Source: Chloroflexota bacterium (GTDB taxonomy: Bacteria; Chloroflexota; UBA11872; VXOZ01). From it: a stretch of 64,000 nucleotides of DNA. Numbering within the stretch: position 1 is the first letter of the stretch; the number at the start of each line of letters is the position of its first letter. The DNA is taken from assembly GCA_963663275.1 (NCBI GenBank), contig OY760183.1:2432001-2496000 (forward strand), read 5' to 3'. The notes under the pieces are model-generated. The model was not told the DNA's origin. It ran no database searches and was given only the letters and a program-made list of their open reading frames with translations. A program made the translations under genes and the position numbers. Of the stretch, positions 8,870 to 19,412 are shown one piece after another.

Positions 8870-11347
8870 ATGGCGTGGAATGACCGTTTCACCACTAAGG
8901 CGCAAGAGGCTCTGGCCAAGGCCCAGGAAATAATGCTCCAGCACAATCACAATCAGCTTGACACCGAGCATATCCTGCTGGCGCTGCTGCGGCAGAGCGA
9001 TGGTCTCGTGCCCCAGATGTTGAGCGTCCTCAACGTCGATCCCGCGCAACTCGAGCAGCGTCTTGAGATGTCGCTGCGGCCGCGGCCGCAGGTATCGTTC
9101 GGCCAAAGCGGGCAGGCGTCCTACTACATCACGCCGCGCGCCCAACGCGTGTTCGATCTGGCCGGGGAAGAGGCGAGTCGCCTCAAGGATGAATACGTTG
9201 GCACGGAACACCTGCTGATTGCCATCTCCGCCGCCGAGGACGGCCACTCCCACCGCATTCTGCAGGAAGCCGGCATCGAGCGCGAGCAAATCTACCAGGC
9301 GATGGAGAAAGTGCGCGGCCAGCACCGCGTCACCGATCCGGAGGCGGAATCCAGGTACCGCATGTTGGAGCGATTCGGTCTCGACCTCACGCAATTCGCC
9401 CGTGAAGCCAAGCTCGATCCGGTCATCGGACGCGCCGACGAGATTCACCGCGTGATGCAGATCCTCTCCCGGCGCACCAAGAACAACCCCGTCCTCATGG
9501 GCGAGCCCGGCGTGGGCAAGACCGCCATCCTCGAAGGACTGGCGCAACGCGTCGAGAGCGGCGACGTGCCCGAGCAACTGCGCGACAAGCGCGTGATCGC
9601 TTTGGACATGGCCGCGCTGCTGGCGGGGGCAAAGTTCCGCGGCGAGTTCGAGGAACGTCTCAAAGGCGTGGTGGACGAGGTACAGCAGGCCAAGCGCGAG
9701 GTCATTCTCTTCATTGACGAACTCCACACGGTGGTCGGGGCCGGCGGCGCCGAGGGCGCGATCGACGCGGCGAATATCCTCAAACCCGCCCTGGCGCGCG
9801 GCGAATTGCAGGTCGTCGGCGCGACCACTCTCGACGAGTACCGCCGTCACATCGAGGAAGATTCCGCGCTGGAGCGCCGCTTCCAGCCGGTGTACGTTGA
9901 AGAACCGTCCGTCGAGGACACGATCGCCATCTTGCGCGGGCTGCGCGAGAAATATGAGAGGCACCACGGCCTGAAGATCAACGATAGCGCCGTGACAGCC
10001 GCCGCCAAGCTGTCGCAACGCTATCTCACCGAGCGCTTCTTGCCGGACAAAGCCATCGACCTCATCGACGAGGCGGCGGCCAAGGTGCGAATGGAGATTT
10101 TCAGCATGCCGGCGGACATCAAAGAGCTTGAGAAACGGCTGAAGCAGTGCGAGCAGGAAGAGGAAGCCGCCTGGCAAAGCCGCGACTACGAACGCGCCGC
10201 CACCTGCCGCACCGAGCATCTGCGCGCGCAAGAAGCGTACGATTCGGCCCGCCAGGCATGGCTTGGCAGCCAAGAGGTGCGCGAAGAGGTTAGCGCCAAG
10301 GACGTGGCGCAGGTGCTTGCAAAATGGACCGGCATTCCGGTGGCCCAACTCTTTCAAGAGGAAGCCGAAAAGCTCCTGCAGATGGAGGCGGAACTGCACA
10401 AGCGCATGGTCGGACAGGAAGAAGCGGTCGCGGCGGTTTCCGAGGCCATTCGCCGCTCCCGCTCAGGGCTGGCGAATCCCAAGCGCCCGATTGGCAGTTT
10501 CCTCTTCGTCGGCCCCACCGGCGTCGGCAAGACTGAACTGGCGCGGGCGCTGGCGGAGTTCATGTTCGACGACGAGGACGCCCTGGTGCGCATCGACATG
10601 TCCGAGTACCGGGAGCGGCACAGCGTGAGCCGGCTCATCGGCGCGCCGCCCGGCTACGTCGGCTACGAAGAGGGCGGCCAGTTGACCGAGGCCGTGCGGC
10701 GGCGGCCCTACCGGGTGGTGCTCTTCGACGAAGTCGAGAAGGCGCACACCGACGTGTTCAACACGTTGCTCCAGGTCATGGAGGACGGCCGCCTGACGGA
10801 TGGGCATGGGCACGTGGTGGACTTCCGCAACACCGTCATCATCATGACCTCCAACGTCGGCGCGAACGTACTGGGCGCCAATGGCGCGCTCGGCTTCCAA
10901 CCCGGCGGCACGGATGAAGACCGGGAAGACTTCGAAGCAACCAAATCCAAGCTGCATCGAGAATTGCGGCAGACGTTCCGGCCGGAATTTCTCAACCGCA
11001 TCGACGAAATTATCGTCTTCCACTACTTGAGCAAATCGCAGTTGCAGGACGTGGTGGAACTCATGCTGGCCGAAGTGCGGCAACGCCTGAAGGACCGCTA
11101 TGTTACTCTGGAAGTACGGCCCGCCGCCAAGGCCTGGCTGATCGAGAACGGCTACGACCACGACTACGGGGCACGCCCGTTGCGCCGGTTCGTGCAGCGC
11201 GAGATCGAGAACGCGCTTGCCAAGATGCTGCTCGGCGACAAACTGGCCGAGGGTTCGCGCGTGACGGTGGACGCGCAGGAAGACAGGCTGCGCTTCGGCG
11301 TGGACGCGCCACAGACCGCTGAGCCGGAACCGGCCGCGGTATCGTAA
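8870..11347 (+). CDS. clpC: Clp AAA+ ATPase, ClpC-like (ClpB/ClpC family)
   Basis: Clp N repeats, Walker A motifs GEPGVGKT and GPTGVGKT, short UVR-like middle domain, LGF ClpP-docking loop. Confidence 0.85.
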   Translation: MAWNDRFTTKAQEALAKAQEIMLQHNHNQLDTEHILLALLRQSDGLVPQMLSVLNVDPAQLEQRLEMSLRPRPQVSFGQSGQASYYITPRAQRVFDLAGEEASRLKDEYVGTEHLLIAISAAEDGHSHRILQEAGIEREQIYQAMEKVRGQHRVTDPEAESRYRMLERFGLDLTQFAREAKLDPVIGRADEIHRVMQILSRRTKNNPVLMGEPGVGKTAILEGLAQRVESGDVPEQLRDKRVIALDMAALLAGAKFRGEFEERLKGVVDEVQQAKREVILFIDELHTVVGAGGAEGAIDAANILKPALARGELQVVGATTLDEYRRHIEEDSALERRFQPVYVEEPSVEDTIAILRGLREKYERHHGLKINDSAVTAAAKLSQRYLTERFLPDKAIDLIDEAAAKVRMEIFSMPADIKELEKRLKQCEQEEEAAWQSRDYERAATCRTEHLRAQEAYDSARQAWLGSQEVREEVSAKDVAQVLAKWTGIPVAQLFQEEAEKLLQMEAELHKRMVGQEEAVAAVSEAIRRSRSGLANPKRPIGSFLFVGPTGVGKTELARALAEFMFDDEDALVRIDMSEYRERHSVSRLIGAPPGYVGYEEGGQLTEAVRRRPYRVVLFDEVEKAHTDVFNTLLQVMEDGRLTDGHGHVVDFRNTVIIMTSNVGANVLGANGALGFQPGGTDEDREDFEATKSKLHRELRQTFRPEFLNRIDEIIVFHYLSKSQLQDVVELMLAEVRQRLKDRYVTLEVRPAAKAWLIENGYDHDYGARPLRRFVQREIENALAKMLLGDKLAEGSRVTVDAQEDRLRFGVDAPQTAEPEPAAVS

Positions 11348-11685
11348 CTGGAAGAGTTTCGCCTACACCACAATGGTACTTTCCATTAGACTACCGAGCG
11401 AGGTGCACCTCACGCTGCCCCGTAGTTCCCGCTACCGGGGCAGTGGCACTAACGCGCTGCCCGGCGCTCCGCTCCCCGGAGACCGTAGTCCCCGCCTCTA
11501 GCGCGGCGCAGTGAGCCTGATCAAGGCCAATGACCTCATATCACACGCCCGGCATGGTCGCGGCTGCTTGGCCGTGTCCAAACTACGCCCAGGCTGGGAC
11601 TGCGGAGAGAAATGAAACAGAGAATTGCCTCGGTTGTCCTGCTTGCAATGACAACCGCTTCCCTTGATTCAAGGAGACAGATTTC

Positions 11686-13485
11686 GTGAGCGCACCCTGG
11701 AAGCGCACCCATACGTGCGGCGAGTTACGTGAAGAGCACGTCGCACAGACCGTTACGTTGAATGGCTGGGTCCACCGCCGCCGGGACCACGGCGGCATCG
11801 TCTTCATCGACCTGCGCGATCGCTACGGCATTACGCAGGTAGTCGTAGACCCCCAGGCCGCGGCGGACACGCAGGCCGCCGTCGCCCAAGTCCGCAACGA
11901 GTTCGTGCTGAGTCTCACAGGCGCGGTGCAAACGCGCCCTGAAGGCACGCGCAACGCCAGCTTGCCGACCGGCGACGTCGAAGTGCATGCGGCCTCTTTG
12001 CAGATTCTCTCGGTAACGCAGACTCCGCCGTTCGACCTCAACAACCCCGCCTTGGAGGTGGACGAATCCATCCGGCTGCGCTACCGCTACCTGGACCTGC
12101 GGCGCGAAGAGATGCAACGCGCGATGGAACTGCGGCACAAGCTGATCAAGGCCATCCGCGACTTCATGGACGCGGATGGCTTCTGGGAGATCGAGACGCC
12201 CATCCTGCTTAAGAGCACGCCCGAGGGCGCCCGCGACTACCTGGTGCCGAGCCGCGTCCATCCGGGCCGGTTCTACGCCCTGCCGCAATCGCCGCAGCAA
12301 CTCAAGCAACTGCTCATGGTCTCCGGCATGGACCGCTACTTTCAGATAGCCCGCTGCTTTCGGGATGAAGACCCGCGCGCCGACCGGCAGCCTGAGTTTA
12401 CCCAGCTTGACGTGGAAATGTCCTTCGTCGAGCGCGACGACGTCATGGGCGTGATCGAGCGCCTCTACCTGGAACTTGCGGACACGCTCAGCGGCAAAGC
12501 GGTGCAGCAGCGGCCCATTCCCCGCATCCCCTTTGCCGAGGCGATGGCAAAGTACGGCACCGACTGCCCGGACCTGCGTTTCGGCCTGGAACTGGTGGAC
12601 GTGTCGGACATTGCGAAGGAGTCTGACTTCCGCGTCTTCAAGGACGTTGTGGCCGGGGGCGGCATCGTGAAAGGCGTGCGCGCGCCGGGCTGTGCCCACT
12701 ACTCGCGCAAGCAGGTGGACGAGTTGACGAATCTCGTCCGCTCACTCGGCGGCAAAGGGATGGTGACGATTGCCCTGGAAGACGAGCAGGTGCGTTCGCC
12801 GGTCCTGCGGCACCTTGGCGAGGAGTCCACGCGGAGCATTGCCGAGGCGCTTGACGCCCAGGCGGGCGACCTCGTGCTGATCGTCGCGGACCAACCCGAC
12901 GTGGCCAACGCCGTGCTCGCGCGCCTGCGCTTGGAAATTGGCGACCGGCTCGGCCTCCGCGATCCAAACACCCTTGCCTTCTGCTGGATCGTGGACTTTC
13001 CCCTGTTCGAGTGGGACGAAGACGAGAGCCGCTGGAGCTTTGTTCACAATCCCTTCTGCGGGCCTTTTCCGGAGGATGAAGACCTCGTCACCTCTGACCC
13101 GGGCCGCGCCCGCTCGCTGCAATACGACTTGGTCTGCAACGGCTGGGAAGTCGGCGGCGGCAGCGTCCGCGCCCACAAGCGGGAACTGCTGGAGCAAATC
13201 TGGCTGACCATGGGTTACACGAAAGAGCAAATCCACGAGCAGATCGGCCACATGCTGGAAGCCTTTTCCTTTGGCGTGCCACCCCACGGCGGCATTGCCA
13301 TGGGGCTGGACCGCACCATCGCCATCTTCGCCGACGCGGAGAGCATCCGGGAGACGATTGCCTTTCCCAAGAACCAGCAGGCCGTAGACCTCATGACACA
13401 AGCGCCGTCGCCGGTCGGTGAGGCGCAACTCAGCGAGGTTCACCTAGCTCTGCGGTCGCAGGAGGAAAAGCCGATCGCGCCGTAA
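11686..13485 (+). CDS. aspS: Aspartate--tRNA ligase, probably non-discriminating
   Basis: RTHTCGEL, RRDHGG, PQSPQQLKQLLM, FRDED, PPHGGIAMGLDR; GTG start after AAGGAG. Confidence 0.97.
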   Translation: MSAPWKRTHTCGELREEHVAQTVTLNGWVHRRRDHGGIVFIDLRDRYGITQVVVDPQAAADTQAAVAQVRNEFVLSLTGAVQTRPEGTRNASLPTGDVEVHAASLQILSVTQTPPFDLNNPALEVDESIRLRYRYLDLRREEMQRAMELRHKLIKAIRDFMDADGFWEIETPILLKSTPEGARDYLVPSRVHPGRFYALPQSPQQLKQLLMVSGMDRYFQIARCFRDEDPRADRQPEFTQLDVEMSFVERDDVMGVIERLYLELADTLSGKAVQQRPIPRIPFAEAMAKYGTDCPDLRFGLELVDVSDIAKESDFRVFKDVVAGGGIVKGVRAPGCAHYSRKQVDELTNLVRSLGGKGMVTIALEDEQVRSPVLRHLGEESTRSIAEALDAQAGDLVLIVADQPDVANAVLARLRLEIGDRLGLRDPNTLAFCWIVDFPLFEWDEDESRWSFVHNPFCGPFPEDEDLVTSDPGRARSLQYDLVCNGWEVGGGSVRAHKRELLEQIWLTMGYTKEQIHEQIGHMLEAFSFGVPPHGGIAMGLDRTIAIFADAESIRETIAFPKNQQAVDLMTQAPSPVGEAQLSEVHLALRSQEEKPIAP

Positions 13486-13492
13486 GCGCCCC

Positions 13493-13645
13493 AGCCAAGG
13501 CGAGAGACGATAGGGAAGCCCGTCGCCGCGACCATGCGCGGCGGCGGGCTTGACCGTTCGTGAGCTTGGCGGCCGCGCCAGGCAATGGGTAGACCCCCGA
13601 CGTGGGGCAAGAAATCTGGATTCCGCAATCGCTCTCTGTTAGGCT
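13493..13645 (+). ncRNA. Candidate structured RNA (6S-like or cis leader; unassigned)
   Basis: Closing stem gagagacgatagggaa / ttccgcaatcgctctc encloses a 15-bp hairpin and two smaller hairpins; G-U pairs favour the + strand. Confidence 0.3.
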
Positions 13646-13760
13646 TACTGCGTAAGCGGCCGGTTAAGTTCGTTCGTATCCGGCTTGCCGCGCAAGCGCG
13701 GGCTGCCCATCAAGCAGCGATAAGCGCGTACACGTCAGACGCACACTGGGAGGCATCCCC

Positions 13761-14585
13761 TTGAAGATTTACATAATGACCGATATGGAAGCGGTAGCAG
13801 GCGTTGTCGATTCAGGCAACTACTGTGCCAAGACCTCGCGCTATTACGAGCGGGGACGCGAACTGACGACACTGGAAACCAACGCCGCCATCGAGGCGTG
13901 CCTGGAAGCGGGCGCGACGGAAATCCTGGTCGTGGACGGGCACGGGCATGAAGCGATCGACCCGGTGCTCCTGCACCCGGAGGCCAAGCTCCTCGCCGGC
14001 CGTCCCATCGGCTACCCATTTGGCTGCGACGACAGTTTCGACGCGGCGCTCAGCATCGGCCAGCACGCGAAGTCGAACACCGACGGCGGGCACCTGGCGC
14101 ACACCGGCTCGTTCAACGTGGAAGACCTCACCATCAATGGCGTTTCAGTAGGCGAGATGGGGTGCAACTTCCTTTTCGCGTCCTATTTTGGCGTGCCGAC
14201 GATCTTCCTGAGCGGCGATCAGGCGGCCGCCGACGAGGCCAAGGCGCTGGTGCCCAACATCGAGACCGCCGCCGTGAAGGCGGGGCTGCGGCGCGGGGCG
14301 GCGGCGGGTCTTTCCGGGGACGAGAACCGGCTGTATAATGGCGCCGCGATTCACCTGCATCCCACCAAGGCCCGGCAACTCATCAAGGAAGGCACGCGGC
14401 GCGCGCTGGCGAAACGCAGTGAAATCAAACCCTTCTGGCTCGAACCGCCGTATGAGCTTGTCAGCGTGGCCCGGCCGGACGGCGATATCCCCAGTAAGAC
14501 CGCGCGGGCAACCGCCGACGACCTGCTGGAACTGCTGACGAAACCGCGCACGTATGAATTCGCCCACGCCGTACCGGCGCGTTGA
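13761..14585 (+). CDS. M55-family D-aminopeptidase (DppA-like)
   Basis: KIYIMTDME, VVDGHG, LAHT, LSGD motifs; TTG start after GGAGG. Confidence 0.9.
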   Translation: MKIYIMTDMEAVAGVVDSGNYCAKTSRYYERGRELTTLETNAAIEACLEAGATEILVVDGHGHEAIDPVLLHPEAKLLAGRPIGYPFGCDDSFDAALSIGQHAKSNTDGGHLAHTGSFNVEDLTINGVSVGEMGCNFLFASYFGVPTIFLSGDQAAADEAKALVPNIETAAVKAGLRRGAAAGLSGDENRLYNGAAIHLHPTKARQLIKEGTRRALAKRSEIKPFWLEPPYELVSVARPDGDIPSKTARATADDLLELLTKPRTYEFAHAVPAR

Positions 14586-14748
14586 CGCGCCGCGGCGAGA
14601 ACTCGCAGTCGTAGGACGCGCTCATTCTGCCTGCTGTACAATTCAAGGGTAGAAGCCGGGCGCAAGCGGCGAAATCGTTGACCCGGCGGCGTACGCGCCA
14701 GCCGGCCTCGCCGTAGCAAACGCTGCGGCGCGAATAGGGTTCAGTCTC

Positions 14749-15417
14749 ATGCTCATCCTCGTCGTGGACGACGACCGCAAGATTACCGCGCTGCTCAACC
14801 GCGCCCTGACCCATCAGGGCTATGAGGTGGTAGTGGCGCACGACGGCTTTCAGGCCATTTCGCTCGTTTCGCAGCGGCGGCCGCAACTTGTCGTTCTCGA
14901 CATCCTCATGCCGGGACTGGACGGCCTGGGCGTTTGCAAACGCATCCGCCAGGAGAGCCAGGTTCCCATCCTCATGCTCACTGCCAAGGATGAGGTCTCC
15001 GACCGTGTGGTCGGCCTGGACAGCGGGGCCGACGACTACCTGGTCAAGCCGTTCGAACTGGAGGAACTCTTTGCCCGCATTCGCGCGCTCTTGCGGCGCA
15101 GCGCGTCGCCGGACGACGAAGTGCTTCACTTCGCGGACCTCTCGCTGGATACGGCGGAACGGCGCGCCGAGCGGGACAGCCGCGTCATCGAACTCACCAC
15201 CACCGAGTACGAACTGCTCCTGCTCTTCATGCAGAATCCCCGGCGCGTTCTGCGCCGCCACCACATCATGGAGCAGGTGTGGGGGTTTGATTTCGAAGGT
15301 GAATCGAACGTGCTGGAAGTCTACGTCGGCTATTTGCGGCAAAAGCTGGAGGCCAGCGGCGCCACGCGCATCATCTACACCGTGCGCGGCGTCGGCTACG
15401 TGCTGCGCGAGACTTAA
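14749..15417 (+). CDS. OmpR/PhoB-family response regulator (MprA-like)
   Basis: VVDDD, LDILMP, GADDYLVKPF, winged helix TVRGVGY. Confidence 0.95.
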   Translation: MLILVVDDDRKITALLNRALTHQGYEVVVAHDGFQAISLVSQRRPQLVVLDILMPGLDGLGVCKRIRQESQVPILMLTAKDEVSDRVVGLDSGADDYLVKPFELEELFARIRALLRRSASPDDEVLHFADLSLDTAERRAERDSRVIELTTTEYELLLLFMQNPRRVLRRHHIMEQVWGFDFEGESNVLEVYVGYLRQKLEASGATRIIYTVRGVGYVLRET

Positions 15418-15420
15418 CCC

Positions 15421-16953
15421 ATGTCATTGCGGCTCCGACTTACGTTCCTCGCCGGGAGCGTCCTCGCGCTCACGCTCGTAGTCTACTATCTCTTCACCTA
15501 CATCCTCATCTCCCGCGCCATCTATGGTGAAGTCGACCAGGCGCTGGAAGCCCAAGTGCGCGAGGCTCTGCTCTTCACGCAAGTCCTGCCGACATCGCAA
15601 GGACTGGAAATCAGGCTGCGCCCCGAGTACAGCGATGTCTTCATCCACTCCGGCACGTTCGTGCAAGTGGTCGGCGGCGACGGCAAGGTCTTCTCGCGCT
15701 CGGCAAGTCTGAGCGACGAGCACCTGCCGCGCGGCGCCGAGGTGCTGGAGCGGGCGCGCGAGGGAGAGCCATTCATCGAAACGGCGTCGGTTCGCGGCGC
15801 CTTGCTGCGCATCTATCACCATCCCTACCTCGCCAGCGGGCGGCTGATTGGCATCCTGCAAGTGGCTCGTTCGTTGGCCGACGTAGAAGCGAGTTTGCGC
15901 CAGTTGCGCGCGATTATCCTGGTTGGCGGCGGCGCGATCGTCTTTGCGGCCATGGGACTGGCGTACATCGTCGCGCACGCCGGTCTGCTGCCGCTGGAGC
16001 GCCTGGCGCAATCCGCGCAACGCATCGGACTGACGCAAGATCTCAGCCGGCGCGTGCCGCAGGCCGGCGCCAACGATGAGGTGGGCCGCCTCGCCATGAC
16101 GTTCAACGCGATGTTGGACCGCCTGCAAGGCAGCTACGCCCGGGTCGCCGAGGCCTTGGCGGCCCAGCGCCGCCTGGTGGCCGACGTTTCCCATGAACTG
16201 CGCACGCCGCTCACGGTCATAAGCGGTAACGTGGCGCTCTTGCGCGACATTCCCGATTTGCCGCCGGAGGAGCGCAAGGCGGCGCTGGACGACATTGCCG
16301 CGGAAGCCGAACGCATGAGCCGCCTGATCTCCGACATGCTGGCGCTGGCGCGCGCCGACGCCGGCCAGACCGTGCGGCGCGAGCGGGTCGATCTCAACGC
16401 GATCGCGGCGGACGTGTGCCGCCAAGCGCCCTATTTCAACGCCATGGTCTCGGTGCGGATGCTGGCCGCCAGCGAACCCGCGTACGTGTGGGGCGATCCG
16501 GATCTGCTGCGCCAGCTGGTCTTGATTCTGATCGACAACGCGCTCAAGTATACGCCCGCCGGCGGTTCGGTTACGGTAAGCACGGCGGACTCGCGCCATG
16601 CCGCCTCCCTCACGGTGCAAGACACGGGCATCGGCATGCGCCAGGCGGACATTGCCAGCGCCTTCGATCGTTTCTACCAAGCCGACAAGGCCCGCCGGTC
16701 GGGCGGCTTCGGCCTCGGCCTTTCGATTGCCAAGTGGATTGCGGAAGCGCACGGCGCAGATCTTGACATTGAAAGCGCCCCCGGGCAGGGCACCACCGTG
16801 CGGGTCAAGCTCCATCGCAGTGTGCCTACTTCAGACGCTGTCTCCACGGCGGCAGCCGCCACGCCAGCGGCGACCGGCGCCACGCCGGCGGCTCCGACCG
16901 AAAGCAATGGCGAGAGCGCCGCCCGCGCCGATCGCACGACCCACCGCACGTAA
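15421..16953 (+). CDS. Membrane sensor histidine kinase (HAMP-HisKA-HATPase)
   Basis: Two TM helices, DVSHELRTPL, NALKY, DTGIG, GFGLGLSI. Confidence 0.95.
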   Translation: MSLRLRLTFLAGSVLALTLVVYYLFTYILISRAIYGEVDQALEAQVREALLFTQVLPTSQGLEIRLRPEYSDVFIHSGTFVQVVGGDGKVFSRSASLSDEHLPRGAEVLERAREGEPFIETASVRGALLRIYHHPYLASGRLIGILQVARSLADVEASLRQLRAIILVGGGAIVFAAMGLAYIVAHAGLLPLERLAQSAQRIGLTQDLSRRVPQAGANDEVGRLAMTFNAMLDRLQGSYARVAEALAAQRRLVADVSHELRTPLTVISGNVALLRDIPDLPPEERKAALDDIAAEAERMSRLISDMLALARADAGQTVRRERVDLNAIAADVCRQAPYFNAMVSVRMLAASEPAYVWGDPDLLRQLVLILIDNALKYTPAGGSVTVSTADSRHAASLTVQDTGIGMRQADIASAFDRFYQADKARRSGGFGLGLSIAKWIAEAHGADLDIESAPGQGTTVRVKLHRSVPTSDAVSTAAAATPAATGATPAAPTESNGESAARADRTTHRT

Positions 16954-17013
16954 GCCCCAAAGAACCCTCCTCACCTCGACTCGCCTCCAATTGCCTCGAC
17001 TTGCGCCCATCCA

Positions 17014-17039
17014 CCGTAGCGCGGGGGCTTGTCCCCCGC
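17014..17039 (+). repeat. GTAG-type REP (family A), single copy
   Basis: ccgtagcgcgggggcttgtcccccgc. Confidence 0.85.
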
Positions 17040-17220
17040 ACCTTGGCGCACAGCCGGTTCGCGTTCTCCTGTTTCGATCCACACCGCCTCTTGGCGCGCA
17101 GAAAGAGCGCAATCTCAAGCGAGGCGCACAGCGCGCATCCGCGATACATCTCCTCCAGGAACTCCCCTTGCAAGGTGCGGTACACTGGTAGAAGGTGTTT
17201 GCAAGCAAGGAGGCGCGGCC

Positions 17221-18378
17221 ATGGCTGGAACCTCTTTTTCCAATGGTTCAGAAGACTTTGACAGAGACGCGGACTACGGCAACGCGGGCGGCGAAACACG
17301 GCGGCCTGGACTGGGCCTTGTCATAGTGCTCAGCGTGACGGTCGCAACGCTCACGGGCGTTGTCGCCGGCAGTCTGGCGGCGTGGTTGATCCTGCGCGAC
17401 GCGCAAAGGGAGCCCGTACCCGTCAACCAGGCGCCAGTGATCACGTACGTGCAAGAAGCCGAGGCAAGAGCGTCTGCCGTCTACCAGGCCGTTGCGCCCA
17501 GCGTCGTTACCGTTTACGTACGGGACGAGGATCAACCGCGCAGGATGGGTGTCGGCACGGGCATCATCATCGATGGTGACGGCCACATCCTTACGAACAA
17601 CCACGTCATCAGCGAAGTTGAGCGGGTGCGCGTCGAGTTGCTCGACGGGAGCACACTCTACGCGGAAGTCGTTGGACGCGACCCGAGCACCGACCTGGCC
17701 GTGATCCGCGCCAACTTTCCCCAAGGCTTGGTGCAAATCGCGCGCTTTGGCGATTCCGGTTTGGTTCAGCCGGGTGACCCGGTCTTCGCTATCGGCGCGC
17801 CGTATATGTACGGCCACAGCATCACCGCCGGCATCGTGAGCGCGGTGGGCAGGGCTTACAATAGCGATGATCGGCGCGTGAGCGGCCTCATTCAAAGTGA
17901 TACCGAAATCAACCCCGGCAACTCCGGCGGACCGCTGCTCAACGACAACGGCGAGGTCATCGGCATTACCACGGCCATCCTGACGACGAACCGGAGTTTC
18001 ATGGGCGTCGGCCTGAGCATTCCCTCGAATTTAGTGCAACAACTGCTGCCGCAACTCATCGCGGGTGAAGGGATCCGCCGCGCGTTCCTGGGCATCATGA
18101 TGAGCACCGTTACCCCAAAACAAGCCTTGGACGACGAACTCGGCATCGGGGGTGGCGTTTCGGTGGACCGGGTCACGCCGGGCAGCGCCGCGTCCGCTGC
18201 CGGTATGCGCCGCGCCGACATCATTACCGCGTTTGACGGCGAGGCCGTCAAGAACGCCAACGACGTCATCGCGCTTATTCAGTCGAGGGGCGTGGGAGAC
18301 ACCGTCACGATCACGGTCTACCGCGACGGCGAGACGCTGGAACTCACGGCAACCCTCGGCGAAAGGCCGGCAGAGTAG
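17221..18378 (+). CDS. htrA: HtrA/DegP-family membrane serine protease with PDZ domain
   Basis: TNNHV, DLAV, GNSGGPL catalytic triad; TM anchor; ATG start chosen after AGGAGG. Confidence 0.93.
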   Translation: MAGTSFSNGSEDFDRDADYGNAGGETRRPGLGLVIVLSVTVATLTGVVAGSLAAWLILRDAQREPVPVNQAPVITYVQEAEARASAVYQAVAPSVVTVYVRDEDQPRRMGVGTGIIIDGDGHILTNNHVISEVERVRVELLDGSTLYAEVVGRDPSTDLAVIRANFPQGLVQIARFGDSGLVQPGDPVFAIGAPYMYGHSITAGIVSAVGRAYNSDDRRVSGLIQSDTEINPGNSGGPLLNDNGEVIGITTAILTTNRSFMGVGLSIPSNLVQQLLPQLIAGEGIRRAFLGIMMSTVTPKQALDDELGIGGGVSVDRVTPGSAASAAGMRRADIITAFDGEAVKNANDVIALIQSRGVGDTVTITVYRDGETLELTATLGERPAE

Positions 18379-18478
18379 CGGCGCCACCTTTTCCATCGAT
18401 CGGCAGCGCCGGTTTGCGGCCTGCGGCGTCTCGACCTTCTGCCGTCCACACGTGCCAGATTCCACGGAGGGATAGACT

Positions 18479-19342
18479 GTGCTAAGCCAAAACCCCATGG
18501 CCACGCCGGATAGGCCGGCGTTGCCGAATCTGCCGACGAATCTGCCCGCCGGCGTGGAGGAAGACGCCGTGCTTACCGTTGTCGACGTGCGCGCCGTCGC
18601 TGTGGCCGGCTTTGCGGCGGGAGCGCTGGTGCCTTGTATTCCCCTGGTGTTGTTGGGCGTCGTTGGAATCGTCGCCACGCTTCTTTTGAATCGCGGCACG
18701 ATAGACTTCGCCACTGGCGCCACGTCCGCAAGCGGTGTGTCTCCATTGCTTGTGTTCACGCTCTTGTTGGCAATCCTTGGCAGCGGAGCGTTGGGCGCGA
18801 TCATGGGAGTGGTGCGCCGCTGGAGCGTGCGTCGAGGGATTTCGTGGGGTTTGTTGGTCGGCTCTTATTTTTCATCGCATCCCGGCCCGCAGTCGGTGAT
18901 TTCCCTCGCCGCAGTGCCAATTCTCGCTGCGGCCTTCTTGCACGCTTTGAGCGTCGCCGCTGGCTACTCCGTGAGTTTCGCGCCATTGTTCTTCCTGATA
19001 TTTCCACCCGCTTGGATCCTGGCCGGGCTGACGTTCGAGTCGGCATGGGAAGCCCTCATATTTGCCATGCTCCGAACTACGGCGGCAGAACCCCTGAAGT
19101 GGCTCGTGCGTGAGGCCGCGCTCTTTCGCCTGTTGAAAGACGACTCATACCTCTTCGACTGCCGCCTGCACACGGTCCGCATCAGTGCGGAAACCGGCGT
19201 GGCCCACATTCAGGGCGATTTCCGCACGCCGGACCAAATGCGCCGGGTGCGTGAAATTGCCGTGCGGGTGATTGGCGTGCGCGAGGTTGACGTCGTCCCT
19301 ACGCGGCCCGCGCAAACGAAACAGATGCCAAGTGGAACGTAG
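18479..19342 (+). CDS. Multi-pass membrane protein with possible C-terminal BON domain
   Basis: Several hydrophobic helices; C-terminal GVAHIQG..A.RVIGVREV resembles BON. Confidence 0.6.
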   Translation: MLSQNPMATPDRPALPNLPTNLPAGVEEDAVLTVVDVRAVAVAGFAAGALVPCIPLVLLGVVGIVATLLLNRGTIDFATGATSASGVSPLLVFTLLLAILGSGALGAIMGVVRRWSVRRGISWGLLVGSYFSSHPGPQSVISLAAVPILAAAFLHALSVAAGYSVSFAPLFFLIFPPAWILAGLTFESAWEALIFAMLRTTAAEPLKWLVREAALFRLLKDDSYLFDCRLHTVRISAETGVAHIQGDFRTPDQMRRVREIAVRVIGVREVDVVPTRPAQTKQMPSGT

Positions 19343-19412
19343 CAACCATGATTGTAATGTCAAGGGCAATGGCGCATCCCTTCAGCGCCCTGGCAGTGCG
19401 CCGGAGAGAACC

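Noticed and set aside
11590-11685. T-box leader for aspS
   Set aside because: AGAGA and GAC are present, but there is no UGGNACC antiterminator bulge.
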